In this document: positions 51,419 to 64,000 of the stretch, in pieces
Numbering within the stretch: position 1 is the stretch's first letter
Layout of the letters: the number at the start of each line of letters is the position of its first letter
From: Perna viridis
Lineage: Eukaryota
DNA length: 64,000 nucleotides
Assembly: GCA_037379345.1 (NCBI GenBank)
Contig: CM074519.1
Span: 40,654,851 to 40,718,850, forward strand
Direction: 5' to 3'
Program-made: the position numbers and the translations under genes
Notes under the pieces: model-generated
What the model saw: only the letters and a program-made list of their open reading frames with translations
What the model was told of the DNA's origin: nothing
The model's database searches: none

Positions 51419-54400
51419 GTAATCAGCTTCACTTATTTATTGGGAATATCTCGTGTTATTGTCATATTGATCAGTGTGCAGCTAACGGACTAAATCAGAA
51501 AATAGCTTCGGATACTGAATTCCAAAAATGGATAAGAATTAAGTCATAAACCCTCCTGTGATCACTGCATCAACGTATTCCAAACACTTGTCACTTTGAT
51601 TTTAATGAAACCAGGCCTTACTTATATTCAATTGCATGATTTGGGTTAGTCCGAATTTCCTCTGACCCTGCAACCCTCATCTTTTTTATTTGGATATTGG
51701 TATGTTGGGTTGGGGTGAGAATGATGTGGTGTACAAAAAGTTGGAGATTCAGAGGTACCACGGAGTACCGCCCTTCAACTGCTTGTAACAACTTTCAAGT
51801 TGAAATTGTGCATGTCACACCTACCTAGTTTGATCATTTTCCTGCATGCTGATACATAGTTTGCTACAAAATTACATTTTTCATTGAAGTTTTGATCATT
51901 TTTCATAAGAGACCCTGTTTTGTTGACATTTTGAATCAAAAGAAAGAGTAGGCGGAGCTTGTTACTTTTGGATCGGAAAGGTAGTGAACACGTAATTTTT
52001 CAGTGGAATTTTGAAATATTCTGTTAGATTCCAGTTTTAAAAATCGTTTCTGCTCCATTCCAAATCAAAAATAACAAGCCACGCCTACTCTCACTTCACA
52101 TGTATTGCTATTGAAAATGTCAACAAAACAGGGTCTCTTATGGAAAATGATCAAATTTTCTGTAAAAATCGAACTATTGTGGCAAATATGTTATCAGCAT
52201 ACAGGAAAAGGATTCTGGATTTGAAATAGGTAGGTGAGACGTGCACAATTACGACATGAAAGTCGTTATATGTGGTTGAAGGGTGGTACTCCGCTGTACG
52301 GCTGAATCTCCAACTTTTTCTTTGGCACATTGTTCTGACCCTAACCCAACTCTAGTTGATCCATCCCCAGGTTTTTTCGTCCCCAAGTTGATCTGTCAAC
52401 TCAGTTAATTATATGGTTTCAAACCACACATGGATACGCCATTGCAATATTTGAAGCAGCAAGAAGTTTCCCATTCTCTTTTATTTAAAAAGAAGTGGAA
52501 CATTAAACAATGTTTTTCTTGCTGAGTTACTGTTTGATGTTCATTATTTTGTTAAATCTAGCATGGGTAGGCTTTTATGCCGCATTGAACTTGTAAACAT
52601 CTTGATTAAAAACAAGTAAATAGAAAACAATAGCCCTTTAATGATTAACAAAAAAAAAAATAACTTAAATTGACTAATTACTTTTCATTTTTAATAATCA
52701 TATGTAATTACTCTAAAATAGACTCAATTAGGTCTTATATTTATAATATTTTATGAACTATAATCTATTCATTTATATTGTAAAATTTAAGAAAAGACAT
52801 ATAGAAAAGGATAAGATCATTTATTTTCAATATTTATGTTAAATATTTAATTGTATAAATTCCTAATGCATAATGTATTGAGTGTATGATTGGGGACAGG
52901 TCTGCTTTTTTAAAAAGAGGATGGATCCACTTGGGGACGAATCCACTAGGGGGCGGATCAACATGAAATCATTTGGGCAAGGAGTAGTTATCGCTGGCAA
53001 GTTATTTCCACCATCAGATTTTTCGTCCTCTCCTATGTTCATGTCCAAAATATAAGACAAAATGTCTAATAGATTGCTGATATGTTGCTCTGTTAAATGA
53101 GCCCACATGATTTTCTTCTGCTTTTTAAATTCCAGAATTTACCGTTATGGTTCCTCTGTAAACTGTATGTTTACTTCCGATTTTGACAATTTCCATTTTT
53201 TGTAGTTATTTAAATTATCATTGTACTTTCTTCAGGAAAAAATCTTCAAATACAATGAATATTCTCACGTTTAACTTAAAAATGGCATTTTCCAAACTTC
53301 GTAATTTTTAGATGGATAAAATCTACTATAATTCCATGTCAGCGAAAATTGTGCTGTAAAATTTTCCTCCATGGTTAAATTTATATTTGTGGAGTATCCT
53401 ACAAATATAAATTTAACCATGGAGGAAAATTTTACAGCACAATTTTCGCTGACATGGAATCATTCAAGAATCAAGATATAACAATGACTAGGAAAAAGTA
53501 AGGAGAGAATGCACTTCAAGACCTAATTTTGAACTGGAACAATTGACACATGTACAAGCTTACACTTGTTAAGTAAAATATGTAGAATGATTGACCATAC
53601 AAGATTGATATGCCTTTCCTTTATTATTCAGGATGTACGATTGTTCTATGCAGAAGAGAAAGAAGTTGAGGACAGAGATCCACAAAAAGATCTGAGTTTG
53701 TTCAAGTCAACAACGTCAGACATAAGGAAGTGCTTTAAAGACATTAAAGATGCCAAAAATAAAGGAGGGAAACAGAGTGTATGTACACATACTCTATTGT
53801 TGTACTCATTTATTCTCCTGCAAACTTTGTTTGCAGGTATATATATGTAGGAATCACCCAATCCATCTCTTTGTCAGTCTACATTTCTTTTTAGCACAAC
53901 TTCTCCTAAATGGATGAAATTTTATAGGAAAGTTGGGTGTTATATGTAGATATGCATTAAAAAACATACTTACTGTGGTAGGAGTCCAAAGGGAGATAAT
54001 GGAACTTAAAGCATATAACATGAAACATTTCAGTCCATTTGAGGTGGCAGTGAGCTTGCTCATAGTAGATTTAGTTTCACGAGATCAAAATTAAAATTTC
54101 GTATGTTTCACCTGTTATTAATGATATTATTGCAAAATAATTCTGTTCTTATTCTTGTCAATATCATTTTCAGAATGCCAAGAAGTAAAAAAGGTATTAA
54201 TTAAATGTAGCTTTTGAAATATTTGAAAAAAATAAAGAGAAGATAAATAAAATTGCATGAGAAAATTGAATTAATTTTGAAATTTTGTTTATTTTTAGAA
54301 TGAAGTTATAGAAACAAAGAAGAGAGAAACTGCATTACATTTTGTATTGCTGAAGAAGTTGAACAGATTGTCTCACATCAGATGTAAGAAAGCTCGAGAT

Positions 54401-57400
54401 GCTACCAATGAGGTAATGTTTGGTTATAGTATACAACTTGAAGGTTTAATAACTTTCATTCAAAATGAAACTAAAGTTTAATCACTTTGTTATGTTACTT
54501 ATTTGCATATACTTTTTTGGGGGAAAAAAAAAAAAAAAAAACTCTATCAATGTGCTCTTAATAGCTTATTTTTCTGAATTTATTTAAGGCTTGAAAACAA
54601 ATGGAACAGTGAATGGGATTAAAAGGGGTAGATTCACCAACACTACACAGGCAAAATTATTTCATGTGATTTTCACCTGAATTTCACATGATTTTCTCCT
54701 GAATTGAGCAAATGAACTAAGTGACAGTTCATGTGAAATTCGGGTGAATGGAGCCTTCACGTGAAATTCACACGAAATGTTCACATGAAATTCATGTTTA
54801 GTGAATTTCTCATAAAAATCATGTGAATTTCACATGAATTTTATGTGAAGCTCGATTAACATGAATTTCACGCGAAAAATATTTGCCTGTGTAGTTTCAG
54901 GCCTACTGTTTTGCAGAAGTTTCAACTTACTATTTGAAATTTTCTATTTGCTTATTTTCAAGCTTAAATACAATCTGAATACTAATATACAGAAAATACA
55001 AGATGTTGTGTCATAATTTAGTTTCAAGGAGGGCACAAAACTCTAATTCTACACAGTTTTCAATGAATTTTCACAAAAATGAAAGGATTAGGCATAGTTT
55101 TTTAATCCAAAAATATAGAGTGCAAGCTATGAACAATAAGATCTTTTTCAGGAGTTGTGATGGTACAGAAGGCTGTATAAATATTAGAGAGTTCGACAGA
55201 TGCGCTATATGTTTTCTGCATAAAAATGTCTCGTGAAATAAGCTATTTTAAGACAATTCAGCTAAATTTTCTAGTAATACTTTATTATCATCTACAAGTT
55301 TAGTTCAACAGATGCATGAATAGCAATGAAACTTTGTTTTTAATGAAAGAATATATTCAACTAGTGAATTATGCAGTTTTAAAATTAATTAGAAACACTT
55401 TAGTTTTTGGGGCTGATTTTGATATTTTCTGGACATACTTCTTTTGCCTTATGGCCCCCTTACCCTTCATTTTGATGGACTTTCAATTCAGTGGTCCATT
55501 CTAAAAAAACCATGGCACAAAATTTGGAATAGCAGCTAAGGCCAGCTAGACCAGCTAGGCCTATATATTAAATACTGAATGTAGCATAAACAAACTATAA
55601 TTTACACAGCAGATCTATTGTTCATTAAGAGTAGACATGTTTGTTATACAGTATTGTGTGTAATTGTATCATATGTCTATGTCAATGAATTGTCACATCA
55701 AATCACTTTCCTCTTCTGTTTTTTTTGAGTTTTTATACTCATCTAGTGCTATTCTAGTCCGCAGACCTCCATACTTTGACCATAAGTAGTTTATCACAAA
55801 GGATAGGCGAAAGCATATTTCTTTGTTTAGTTACAATTAGATTTTGCTGACTGGGTACATGCTCATAACCAGCAGTTTGTAAAGCTATTTGGGGAAATTT
55901 TTTGATGGGGCTTTAGGACCAGATGACTTGGCTCCACCAGTATTCTCAATAGTAGGGTCTTTGCCAACATTTTCAGAATCATGTTCAGCTGCCTGGTCAA
56001 TTTCTTTAACAATTACGCTTTGATTCTGGTGAACATCATTTTTATTTTCTTTTAGCTTTGAAAAAGGTAACTTCTTTTGTTTTGGGTCTAGCTTATAAAA
56101 AATTCATTGGTGGAATTTTCAATTTTAAATGGGACCTCCAGTCCACATTATTATAATATTGTTGAGTTATTTAAATTGTTTAAGATAACAATATTAATTG
56201 TTCTTTCTTTCAGATGTGTCAATGATCATATAAATATGCATCTCATCAAATCGTGACAAAATACTGTTTCATTCCCCTTCCTCAAATCTCCTGGAAAACA
56301 TTGGCAACCAAAATACCCACCTGTACCTAATAAAAATCTTTCTGAAAGACATGTTCATATCTTTTTAACTGTCACAAGTGACGGAAAACACTCCACCATT
56401 AATGATGGAAACTTAATGTGTGCGCATGAAGCAGCGCATTAGTCACTCTATTTGCCATTTTAAGAAGAAATATGACTATGGTGCATGGCACACTGTAATC
56501 CATATCACATATGGAAATTTTAATAAGTGTTAGTTCACATTTGTTTCTTTTTATAAATTTCAGGCAAAGCAGAGAATTGATCAGTACCATCTCCAGTTAC
56601 AGAATCTATTGTATGAAACCATGCATCTGGAAAAAGAAATCACTAAATGTTTGGAATTTAAGTAAGTCACAGTATGTCTATTTAATACATCTTCCTTTTT
56701 TGCTAGTTATGCTGACATACTAAAAATAGACAAAATTTATTTTTGAAGATGTCACATGAATCTAAGAAATTCCTCATTATAGGTAAAATCATAAAAAAAT
56801 GTCAATGTTACATTCTAAAGAATACCTGACTTAGTTTTAAAACCTCTCACATCTTTTAATTATTACCTGTAGATCTAAGGATGAAGAAATAGAGCTAGTC
56901 CCTGTAGAAGACTTCATGAATGATGCTCCAAGTGACATATTGAGTAAAGTGGTAAGAATGATCCTGAATATTTTAATACCATAGTAGGATGTATTTAGTG
57001 CTCATGCTGTTTGTCCATCTGTTCATCCGTCAGTCTGTCATTAAATGCTTAATGGAATTTGATAAATTGTCACACATTCTTTATCTCAGGATGCCATATC
57101 TGAATGATTTTTTGGGGGTTCTTGACCCTAAGCATGGACTTTGTCATTGGTTGACAATAGTGGGGGGGGGGGAGGTTATCATCTCCCCTAAAATTGCTAA
57201 ATGGAATTCAATGAAACTTTCACTTTTACACATTCTGTATCACATGGTTTTGTCATTTTGTACTTCCTATTTTGTTTTCCCATCTGAACAACTTGTAGGG
57301 TTCCTATGGGGCTATCAGCAAGTGAGTTTTCCAGTTTTGTCTATTTCTTAAATTTTTTTGTTGAAAACCAAGCTGTTCCATTCAAATACATTAAAAAGCC

Positions 57401-60400
57401 TCCCGAAATTTACAAAATTGAATGTAAAAATTGATACCCATGAACATAAGAGCCTTAATCATATTTACAGATACAAGTTTTCAGTGTAGTGAAAAATTTG
57501 CCAGAACTTCAAAATCTTACATTGGTGCTGAAGCATTCTACAATAAAAGATGTGATGTATAAACAATTTTTGTGATCTTTTAACCTATTTCAAAAGACCT
57601 CTTCATGTAGTCTTTGGGAGGAAAATATGATATTTTGAAACACAAAGTTCTTGGATGATTTTAATTTTAGATGATATTGTACTGGTGTGTAAAGAAAAAC
57701 ATTCTGTATTTTAAAGCAATTTTCTGTTTAATAAATGAAAAAGAATATGAAAAGTATATTTGACAACCAAAAAATAAAAGTATACTTTACAAGCAATACA
57801 TGTATATATGTTATATACTTATATTTACAGGAAACAAATAAGAAAGATCCACATCAGCTGAGGTTGGCAAGGTTAGATTGGGAGTTAGAACAAAGGAAAA
57901 TGTAAGTACACATGTTTTTTGTTTCCCCTAAAATATTTATTTTACCCCTTTTTCAGTCAATTGTGCAATTCGAAGGCTTCATCAATAAAACAAAATTTAG
58001 GATATTTTAAAAACAATCTATTTCTCAAATATTGATCAATCTGTTTCTACAAAGAGTAGATTTGAGAAGAACCTGAATTTAAGATCTGTTGATATAAATG
58101 ACAGTTGAAGTTACCTTGACAATAGAAAATATTTGAATGAAAATGCTATTATCTGTTACTTAGGTTAGCTCAGAAGTTAAAAGAATCAGAGACCAACAAG
58201 GATCATTTAGATAAAGAGATTAAAACACAACAAGAGTATCTGGAAAACTTACAACCTAAACTCAATTCTATATTGGAGGTATGTTAAGCATTAGCTTAAG
58301 GTTTCTATGATACTGGGGAAAAAACCTGTATTCCAATGAAAATGTCTCAAATAGCAATAAATTGATAGATCACAGAAGCTCTTTTCTCACTTCAGCCAGC
58401 ACTGTTAAGTAAGAAATGCCATTAGATGATGATGACCAATGTATATGTTGCTATTGCATGTGATGTCTCTGATGTTTATGTTGAGTTGTTGACTAGGGCA
58501 TGTGTCGTCTTACTTTGATTTTTTTCTTTTAAATGCGAGTTTAGAAGTGGTTGTGCTTCTTCCAAAGTCTGGGTTGTCCCTAAAGTATTGCTTGGCTGTA
58601 TTTATTAAAATATCACATGGTTGAACTTGTTCTCCATAATTTTCTGTTTGAATTAATCTACTTGTTTAGGACATGATCCCAAAAATAAACACCTCTCTTC
58701 ATTTTGGCTCATCATTGTACTACAGTCAATTAAAACAATGCAAGGGTGTTATGTTATTTTACCATACCAGATAGACCGAAGTATTATGTTATTTTACCAT
58801 ACAAGATAGACCGAAGTATTATGTTATTTTACCATACAAGATAGACCGAAGTATTATGTTATTTTACCATACCAGATAGACCGAAGTATTATGTTATTTT
58901 ACCATACCAGATAGACCGAAGTATTATGTTATTTTACCATACAAGAGAGACCGAGGTATTATGTGTACTTGATTTTATAGCTTGATATTTTCTGCTGTAG
59001 ACCACCATGCTTGTGCAGATCTGTCATGGTTTGTCATTTGATCAGATTGGATAATTGTCAGTTATGTAATTGGTATTTTCTGTTTCAGTCTACCAAGCCA
59101 GTACAGGAGTACCTAGGTATGCCATTTGACCAGATCAGGGAACAGCATCAGATAGCTGGACATCTCCCACATCCTCTTTATGTACTATACATGCAGACAG
59201 ATGCCTACAGACAGGCTTGTGGTTTGTATATTTGATTACAGCCCATGCAATGAATATGTTCAGGGGTAGAGTTGGCGATCCCTTGATTATATGACAATCA
59301 CCAGATGTACTTCTTTAGGTTGTTAAATGGGCAACTGTTGCAGAGATTTAAGCTTCTTTTTGGGCAATTTACCCACTGATTAATTCTCTATGAATCAATT
59401 ATCTATAGAATGTTTTCAATTTCCCAGGGAAGACCCCATCTATATCCTGATGAATGTGATATTTGTATATGCTTTAAGTTAAATATGTTACTCACATACA
59501 TCATTTATCCTTAATTCATTGAAATGTTGTCATTGCTTATTTCTATTCTTTTTTCTGTATGCTTGAGAAGTTCGCTCAATCTATTGATAATATTTACATA
59601 TATAAGACAGAGAGAGTCATTACCACCAGAAAAAATGTAAAATAGAAGAACTCCATTTGTATTAATATGGTTGCATTCCAAGGACAACCTTTTCCAAATA
59701 TATCCCTTTCTGTTTTCTACAATTTGTTTCTGATCGAACTTCTAATATTATAACTGTATAACATGTATTTTACAGACAAGAAATTAGAAGTGAAGATAGA
59801 AGGAGACATCGAGGCAGCTAGATCTCTGAAGAGAACACCTCAAATGTTGGCTGATGTTGGTAAGGCAATTCATGAAAATCTCAAATTTTTATGTGTAAAT
59901 GCATGCTTTAAAATGTAATGTTTTTACCAAGTATTGGAGGCGGGGCTGGGGGGCTCCCTAGTTGCCTCCCTCTTAGGTGAATCTCAGGATCTGCCACTGT
60001 AGGTGCGTCAATATTTAAGTACTGTTTAATCTATGAATCCTGCAGAGAGTGGTGATTCTATGTTTTATGTCAAGTAAAGTGGCAAGGAAAGTTGAAACAA
60101 TATTAACTGGTTATAAATTGATCTGTATGATTCTCGGGGAAACATGTACTTTAACACCCAGCATACAATGGGTATGATTTTTTTAAAAAGATATCCTAAT
60201 GTCTTATCTTTCCTTTTGATGATTTGATGTTTTGAATGGAACTTGATGATGCATGACTTGCATGAGGGCCTAATAGTTAATATATTTTTGCCAGATGTAC
60301 AAATGTAGATTTGACATCACATACATATATTTAAGGATGAATTTTCATTTGAGAATTATAGGTTTCAGAATGAGTGAAAGTTGAATATCACATTATTAAA

Positions 60401-63400
60401 CTCAAGATATTTAATTTTAACATCATAACAAACAAGCCGTGAGGAGTTTATTACAATGTTGAAATTAAATTAACTAAAAATGAATTGAGATTTTTTGCAA
60501 TACTCAAATTTTATGCCAAACTGATTACTTGTTTGTAAACTCTGAAAAAAAGACCAAACAATTCATATTGAGTGGTCTAATTTGTATTAAAAAATGTTAC
60601 AGAGGACAGTGATAGTGATCAAGAAGAACAGGAAAAGAAACAATCGGTAAGTTTTTTTTTGAGGAATACTGGATGGCTGTGTATTTACGGTCCTATACTT
60701 CCAATTATGAATGCAACATGGCTATAGATTTGAGCCTCATGTGTGTCAAGGTTTCACAGCACCTACCTGTTTCACTATTTATCAACTTAGATTATGGGAC
60801 TTACCTTCCTAATAACCCTTTTGACCATGTGTAAAAAATTGAGTTTTAGTCTGTTGGATGAAATTGTCATTACATGGCAGTAATGAAGAAAAATAGGAAT
60901 AAGACTATTTGATAGCAAACACTGTGGTACACATAATAGTGTTTATAAATACATTTTCTTTTTGGGTTTTTGATCCTTCAGGATCAAAATACCTTATGTC
61001 ATGGGCCAATCACTGGAACTTCCCTACTTCTTTTGAACACTACACAATATTTTAAGTATAATTAAAATGTAGGATAGATACTCTGTTAATATAGTTTTTG
61101 AATATGAATGCATGTTAACTTTTTGCTGGGACTAATAAAACAAGTTATATTTAATCCCGGCTTTTTGGTAGATTTAAAATTGTGGAAAAAGGTGAAATGG
61201 AACTAAATTTTGTGTGTGAAGTTCGATCAGTAGTATGGATTGACTTTCAGTTTATGTTATAAGACTGTTCTTAATAATATTTACATGGCAAATGTTTGAT
61301 CACAATTTTATTTAACATCATGTAGTTTTTTAAATTTTCACAAGAATAAAAAAAACAGTGCTATCAGCACTTTGATTTTACATGTACTAACCACAACTTA
61401 ACTTAATGAAATATTATTGTAACTAAAACTCAGTTCTGATGGAATATATTTTATACAGAAAAGAAGAAGGAAGACTGTGGACTCAGGGAAGATAGAGAGA
61501 AGAAATAAAGTTCTGATGAAGCACCCTCTGTCTGTTGTACTAAAAATCAAAAGCAAAGGTTAGTTACAAAGGATCACTTATACATGGTTAATGATTATAC
61601 AAAAAAAACTTTGTTTTATATGTGTGAAAAAAGTAAGGAGCAAAATTTTGAAAATATTTGAAATCTTGAATAACTGATATAAAACCCAAGGAAGTTCATC
61701 AATGGATTGTCAATCAAGAGAGTAACCATCTCCATCCAATGAACATCATTATATTCACTGTAAGTTCTAAAATAGTGTTTTGTAAATGGATTGCCACAAT
61801 CTTTAGGAAGAATATAAAGTGCACAATTCTTATTGAGTTAAGCATCTATTTTTTTTTCAATGTCTTCGCTTGTTCAGGTGTTTCAGAGAAAGACAGAAGG
61901 CCCTGGAAAAGTAGAATGATGATCTCTTTTCAACTGGTCACCAATATTAATTACAATGAATAATTCACACATGATTTTATTCCTATTTAAATAGGAATTC
62001 CTACTTTTTTATCTGAAATTTCAGTATCAAAACTTACAGATTTTTGTCTGAGTAGGCTGTATTTTTCTAGACCTTAACACCCTAATTCCTATTTCCCACC
62101 ATTTCCTACTTCAGTGAGCAAAGTCATGGCTGTAATATACCTACATGTACATACACTATTATATTCACTCCCCTCAAAACTTTATCATAGGCTTCCACTT
62201 TCTAGCAACTTCATCTAAGTCCAATATAATGTCTAGAGATTATACCATGTGTAAAGAATCATTGAAAAAATGTCCAACAAATTTAAAATGTTATATCTAC
62301 ATTGTGATCAAGCATTAAGGGATATTCTGATTTATACTGGAAAAACATTCACCAATTTGTTAAAAGTCAAGTAATAAAAGTGTAATTCATTCAAATGTTC
62401 ACTTACTCTGTTATATTTACAATGAAAATGACTAGTAAAAAAAAACAGCAATATAAAGTCTCTATTCCATTGTCACTGTTTTTAGTTACGTACTTAAAAA
62501 AAACAAAGTTTTTAGGATAGAGGGTGTCTGTTTAGATATCTATTTGTGAAATTCATATAATTGAGATAGTGTAATTACTAATTTATTTAACTGATTTTTT
62601 AAAAAATATTTTTTAGATGGTACCTGTTTACAGTTGACCTTTTGGTATTTAGTCACATTAGAGATTGTAACTGTTGGGATACAGCTAAAGACCGGAACAG
62701 ATTCACCACCATCATGTATATCAGGAGGGTTGGTTTTGACTTCAACATTGGCAAGGCTGTCACAAGTCTAAATTGACTTTCGAAATGTCTGAATTGAAAC
62801 TTTGAACCTATTCCAATTTTTTAGACCCGAAAAGCAAATCTGTTCGAGTTTCATTAAGAATCCTCCATTTATTGACATCACTCAATGTAAAGAAGAGATT
62901 ATTTCACTTGTAGAACACCTACTTTATTGTAGTCACTATCAGTTTGTGAATGCTCATAATTCTCAAATACATGTAAGAAATGATTTACATGTGCACTATA
63001 AAATTCTATTAATCTTTTTTGTCTGTGAAAGTACTATTGTCGGTGGGGTATCAATTTTCGTGGTTTTCGTGGGTAGGCCAAACAACAAAATTTGGTTCCC
63101 AATGAAAACCATGACTTCAAGTATCCAGGAACTTGTGTTTCTTCCCTAATCCATGAAGTACTTTCACAGTAGTATACTTGTTACCAAGTAGATATTTAAA
63201 ATTTTGTCTGTTTTCCCAAACAATGTTTGATTGATACATTGTAATGTATTATGGTTTATTTTACAGAGATCTACTCTCCCCAGACCTTCTACTGAATGAG
63301 ATTTACCCAGAAGATACTGGCAATAATTCACCTAATGCTGCCAACCAATATGAACTTAGAAGATTAGGGTAAGGCTTATGAGACTTGTTATGACATTTCA

Positions 63401-64000
63401 GATAACACTTCAAGCCATTTTTATTAACTAAGGAGCCTGCATTGTTGTGTACATCATAATCTTGAAAAAATGCAGGGGAAGTTAAAAACCAAAAATATTA
63501 AATTAAATTTTGGTTTTAAAAATTAAATTGGACCACAACTTCACTTTTAGTAAAGTAACATAAATCAATTACTTGTTATTAGGAAACATCCACTGAAAAA
63601 CTGTTCTATTAAATAACTATTCCAAAATACAAGTTATGTATAGAATTTAGTTTAAAGAAAATTAAGATCCACATTAATTATTTGTTTCAAATTTTATACA
63701 GATAACTAAGTCCGTAGACAAAATTTTTACCACTTGTAAGAAGTGAAGTTATAATTTTAAATTCTTGGAAAACCCATTTTATTTTTACATACAAATGCCA
63801 GTAATAACACAACAATAACTTAACTTACAGGTTGGGAGATTTTAATCAGTACATCAAAGATATAGGTCGACCATATCTGTGGGCACAGTGGTTGTCAGGG
63901 TTACAGTTCCTAAACAACAAAAGTTCTAAGGTTGCAGATTCCAATGTCAGTATGGAGAACATGCAAGAGACAATCAAACTGTTGAGGAGAAGGATCAAGT
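51311..64000 (+). CDS. THOC5: THO complex subunit 5, 5' part (14 exons, continues beyond the window)
   Basis: Exons 51311-51418, 53632-53778, 54299-54412, 56564-56661, 56873-56951, 57831-57901, 58164-58278, 59089-59221, 59776-59859, 60603-60646, 61459-61558, 62617-62728, 63267-63368 and 63831->64000 splice in frame with GT-AG. Hallmark peptides: [63 protein letters not shown]. Confidence 0.95.
51704..52350. mobile_element. Foldback / long-TIR MITE (about 650 bp) in THOC5 intron 1
   Basis: Arms of about 300 bp are imperfect reverse complements, e.g. aaaaagttggagattcag / ctgaatctccaacttttt and ataagagaccctgttttgttgacatttt / aaaatgtcaacaaaacagggtctcttat. Confidence 0.88.
53331..53460. repeat. 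Perfect inverted repeat, 60-bp arms with 10-bp spacer
   Basis: 53331-53390 is the exact reverse complement of 53401-53460; the spacer is ggagtatcct. Confidence 0.97.
53632..53778 (+). CDS. THOC5: THOC5 exon 2
   Basis: attcag|[25 protein letters not shown]...KNKGGKQS|gtatgt. Confidence 0.92.
54299..54412 (+). CDS. THOC5: THOC5 exon 3
   Basis: ttttag|[38 protein letters not shown]|gtaatg. Confidence 0.93.
54641..54896. mobile_element. MITE with subterminal TTCAC(A/G)TGAA repeats (possibly CACTA/EnSpm-derived)
   Basis: TIR actacacaggcaaa / tttgcctgtgtagt; the left end reads CACTA; many internal ttcacatga/tcatgtgaa palindromic units. Confidence 0.75.
56564..56661 (+). CDS. THOC5: THOC5 exon 4
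   Basis: tttcag|[32 protein letters not shown](K)|gtaagt. Confidence 0.95.
56873..56951 (+). CDS. THOC5: THOC5 exon 5
   Basis: ctgtag|[26 protein letters not shown]|gtaaga. Confidence 0.92.
57831..57901 (+). CDS. THOC5: THOC5 exon 6
   Basis: ttacag|[23 protein letters not shown]|gtaagt. Confidence 0.94.
58164..58278 (+). CDS. THOC5: THOC5 exon 7
   Basis: acttag|[38 protein letters not shown]|gtatgt. Confidence 0.93.
58749..58964. repeat. Minisatellite, 35-bp unit x6
   Basis: Unit ttatgttattttaccatac(c/a)agatagaccgaagta in tandem. Confidence 0.97.
59089..59221 (+). CDS. THOC5: THOC5 exon 8
   Basis: tttcag|[44 protein letters not shown]|gtttgt. Confidence 0.94.
59776..59859 (+). CDS. THOC5: THOC5 exon 9
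   Basis: ttacag|(D)[27 protein letters not shown]|gtaagg. Confidence 0.9.
60603..60646 (+). CDS. THOC5: THOC5 exon 10
   Basis: ttacag|(E)[14 protein letters not shown]|gtaagt; acidic SDSD motif of THOC5. Confidence 0.88.
61459..61558 (+). CDS. THOC5: THOC5 exon 11
   Basis: atacag|[33 protein letters not shown]|gttagt. Confidence 0.92.
62617..62728 (+). CDS. THOC5: THOC5 exon 12
   Basis: ttttag|(D)[36 protein letters not shown](G)|gttggt. Confidence 0.88.
63023..63169. mobile_element. Short MITE with 13-bp perfect TIRs
   Basis: ctgtgaaagtact ... agtactttcacag, with internal ttttcgtgg repeats. Confidence 0.65.
63267..63368 (+). CDS. THOC5: THOC5 exon 13
   Basis: ttacag|[33 protein letters not shown](G)|gtaagg. 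Confidence 0.93.
63831..64000 (+). CDS. THOC5: THOC5 exon 14 (truncated by window end)
   Basis: ttacag|[56 protein letters not shown]... Confidence 0.92.

Noticed and set aside
58427-58473. C/D box snoRNA (ATGATGA...CTGA)
   Set aside because: Only about 47 nt long with no recognisable rRNA guide. The candidate at 61916-62016 also lacks a guide and terminal stem.

Overview
AT-rich, intron-rich animal genomic DNA. The repeat content suggests a bivalve mollusc, which is an inference. Three protein-coding genes were reconstructed by hand. (1) An intronless, apparently stand-alone WRN-type DEDDy 3'-5' exonuclease (+, 6029-6877) with an N-terminal Ku-binding motif and no visible RecQ helicase exons. 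(2) A complete 7-exon TRAF4 (-, ATG 46963 to stop 10180, 467 aa) with 13.1-kb and 19.3-kb first introns. (3) The first 14 exons of THOC5 (+, from 51311, running off the window end), divergent from TRAF4. Repeats include three Penelope-like (Naiad-type, RT at C-terminus) fragments, an internally deleted Ginger-like DNA transposon carrying a nested MITE between the TRAF4 and THOC5 starts, several MITEs and foldbacks, two minisatellites and a perfect 60-bp-arm palindrome. The best leads are the Ku-binding stand-alone WRN exonuclease, a candidate recursive splice site in the middle of TRAF4 intron 2, a candidate RING-less TRAF4 alternative first exon, a candidate THOC5 poison micro-exon, a templated insertion linking two retroelement copies, and a TE-borne NF-kB motif upstream of TRAF4.
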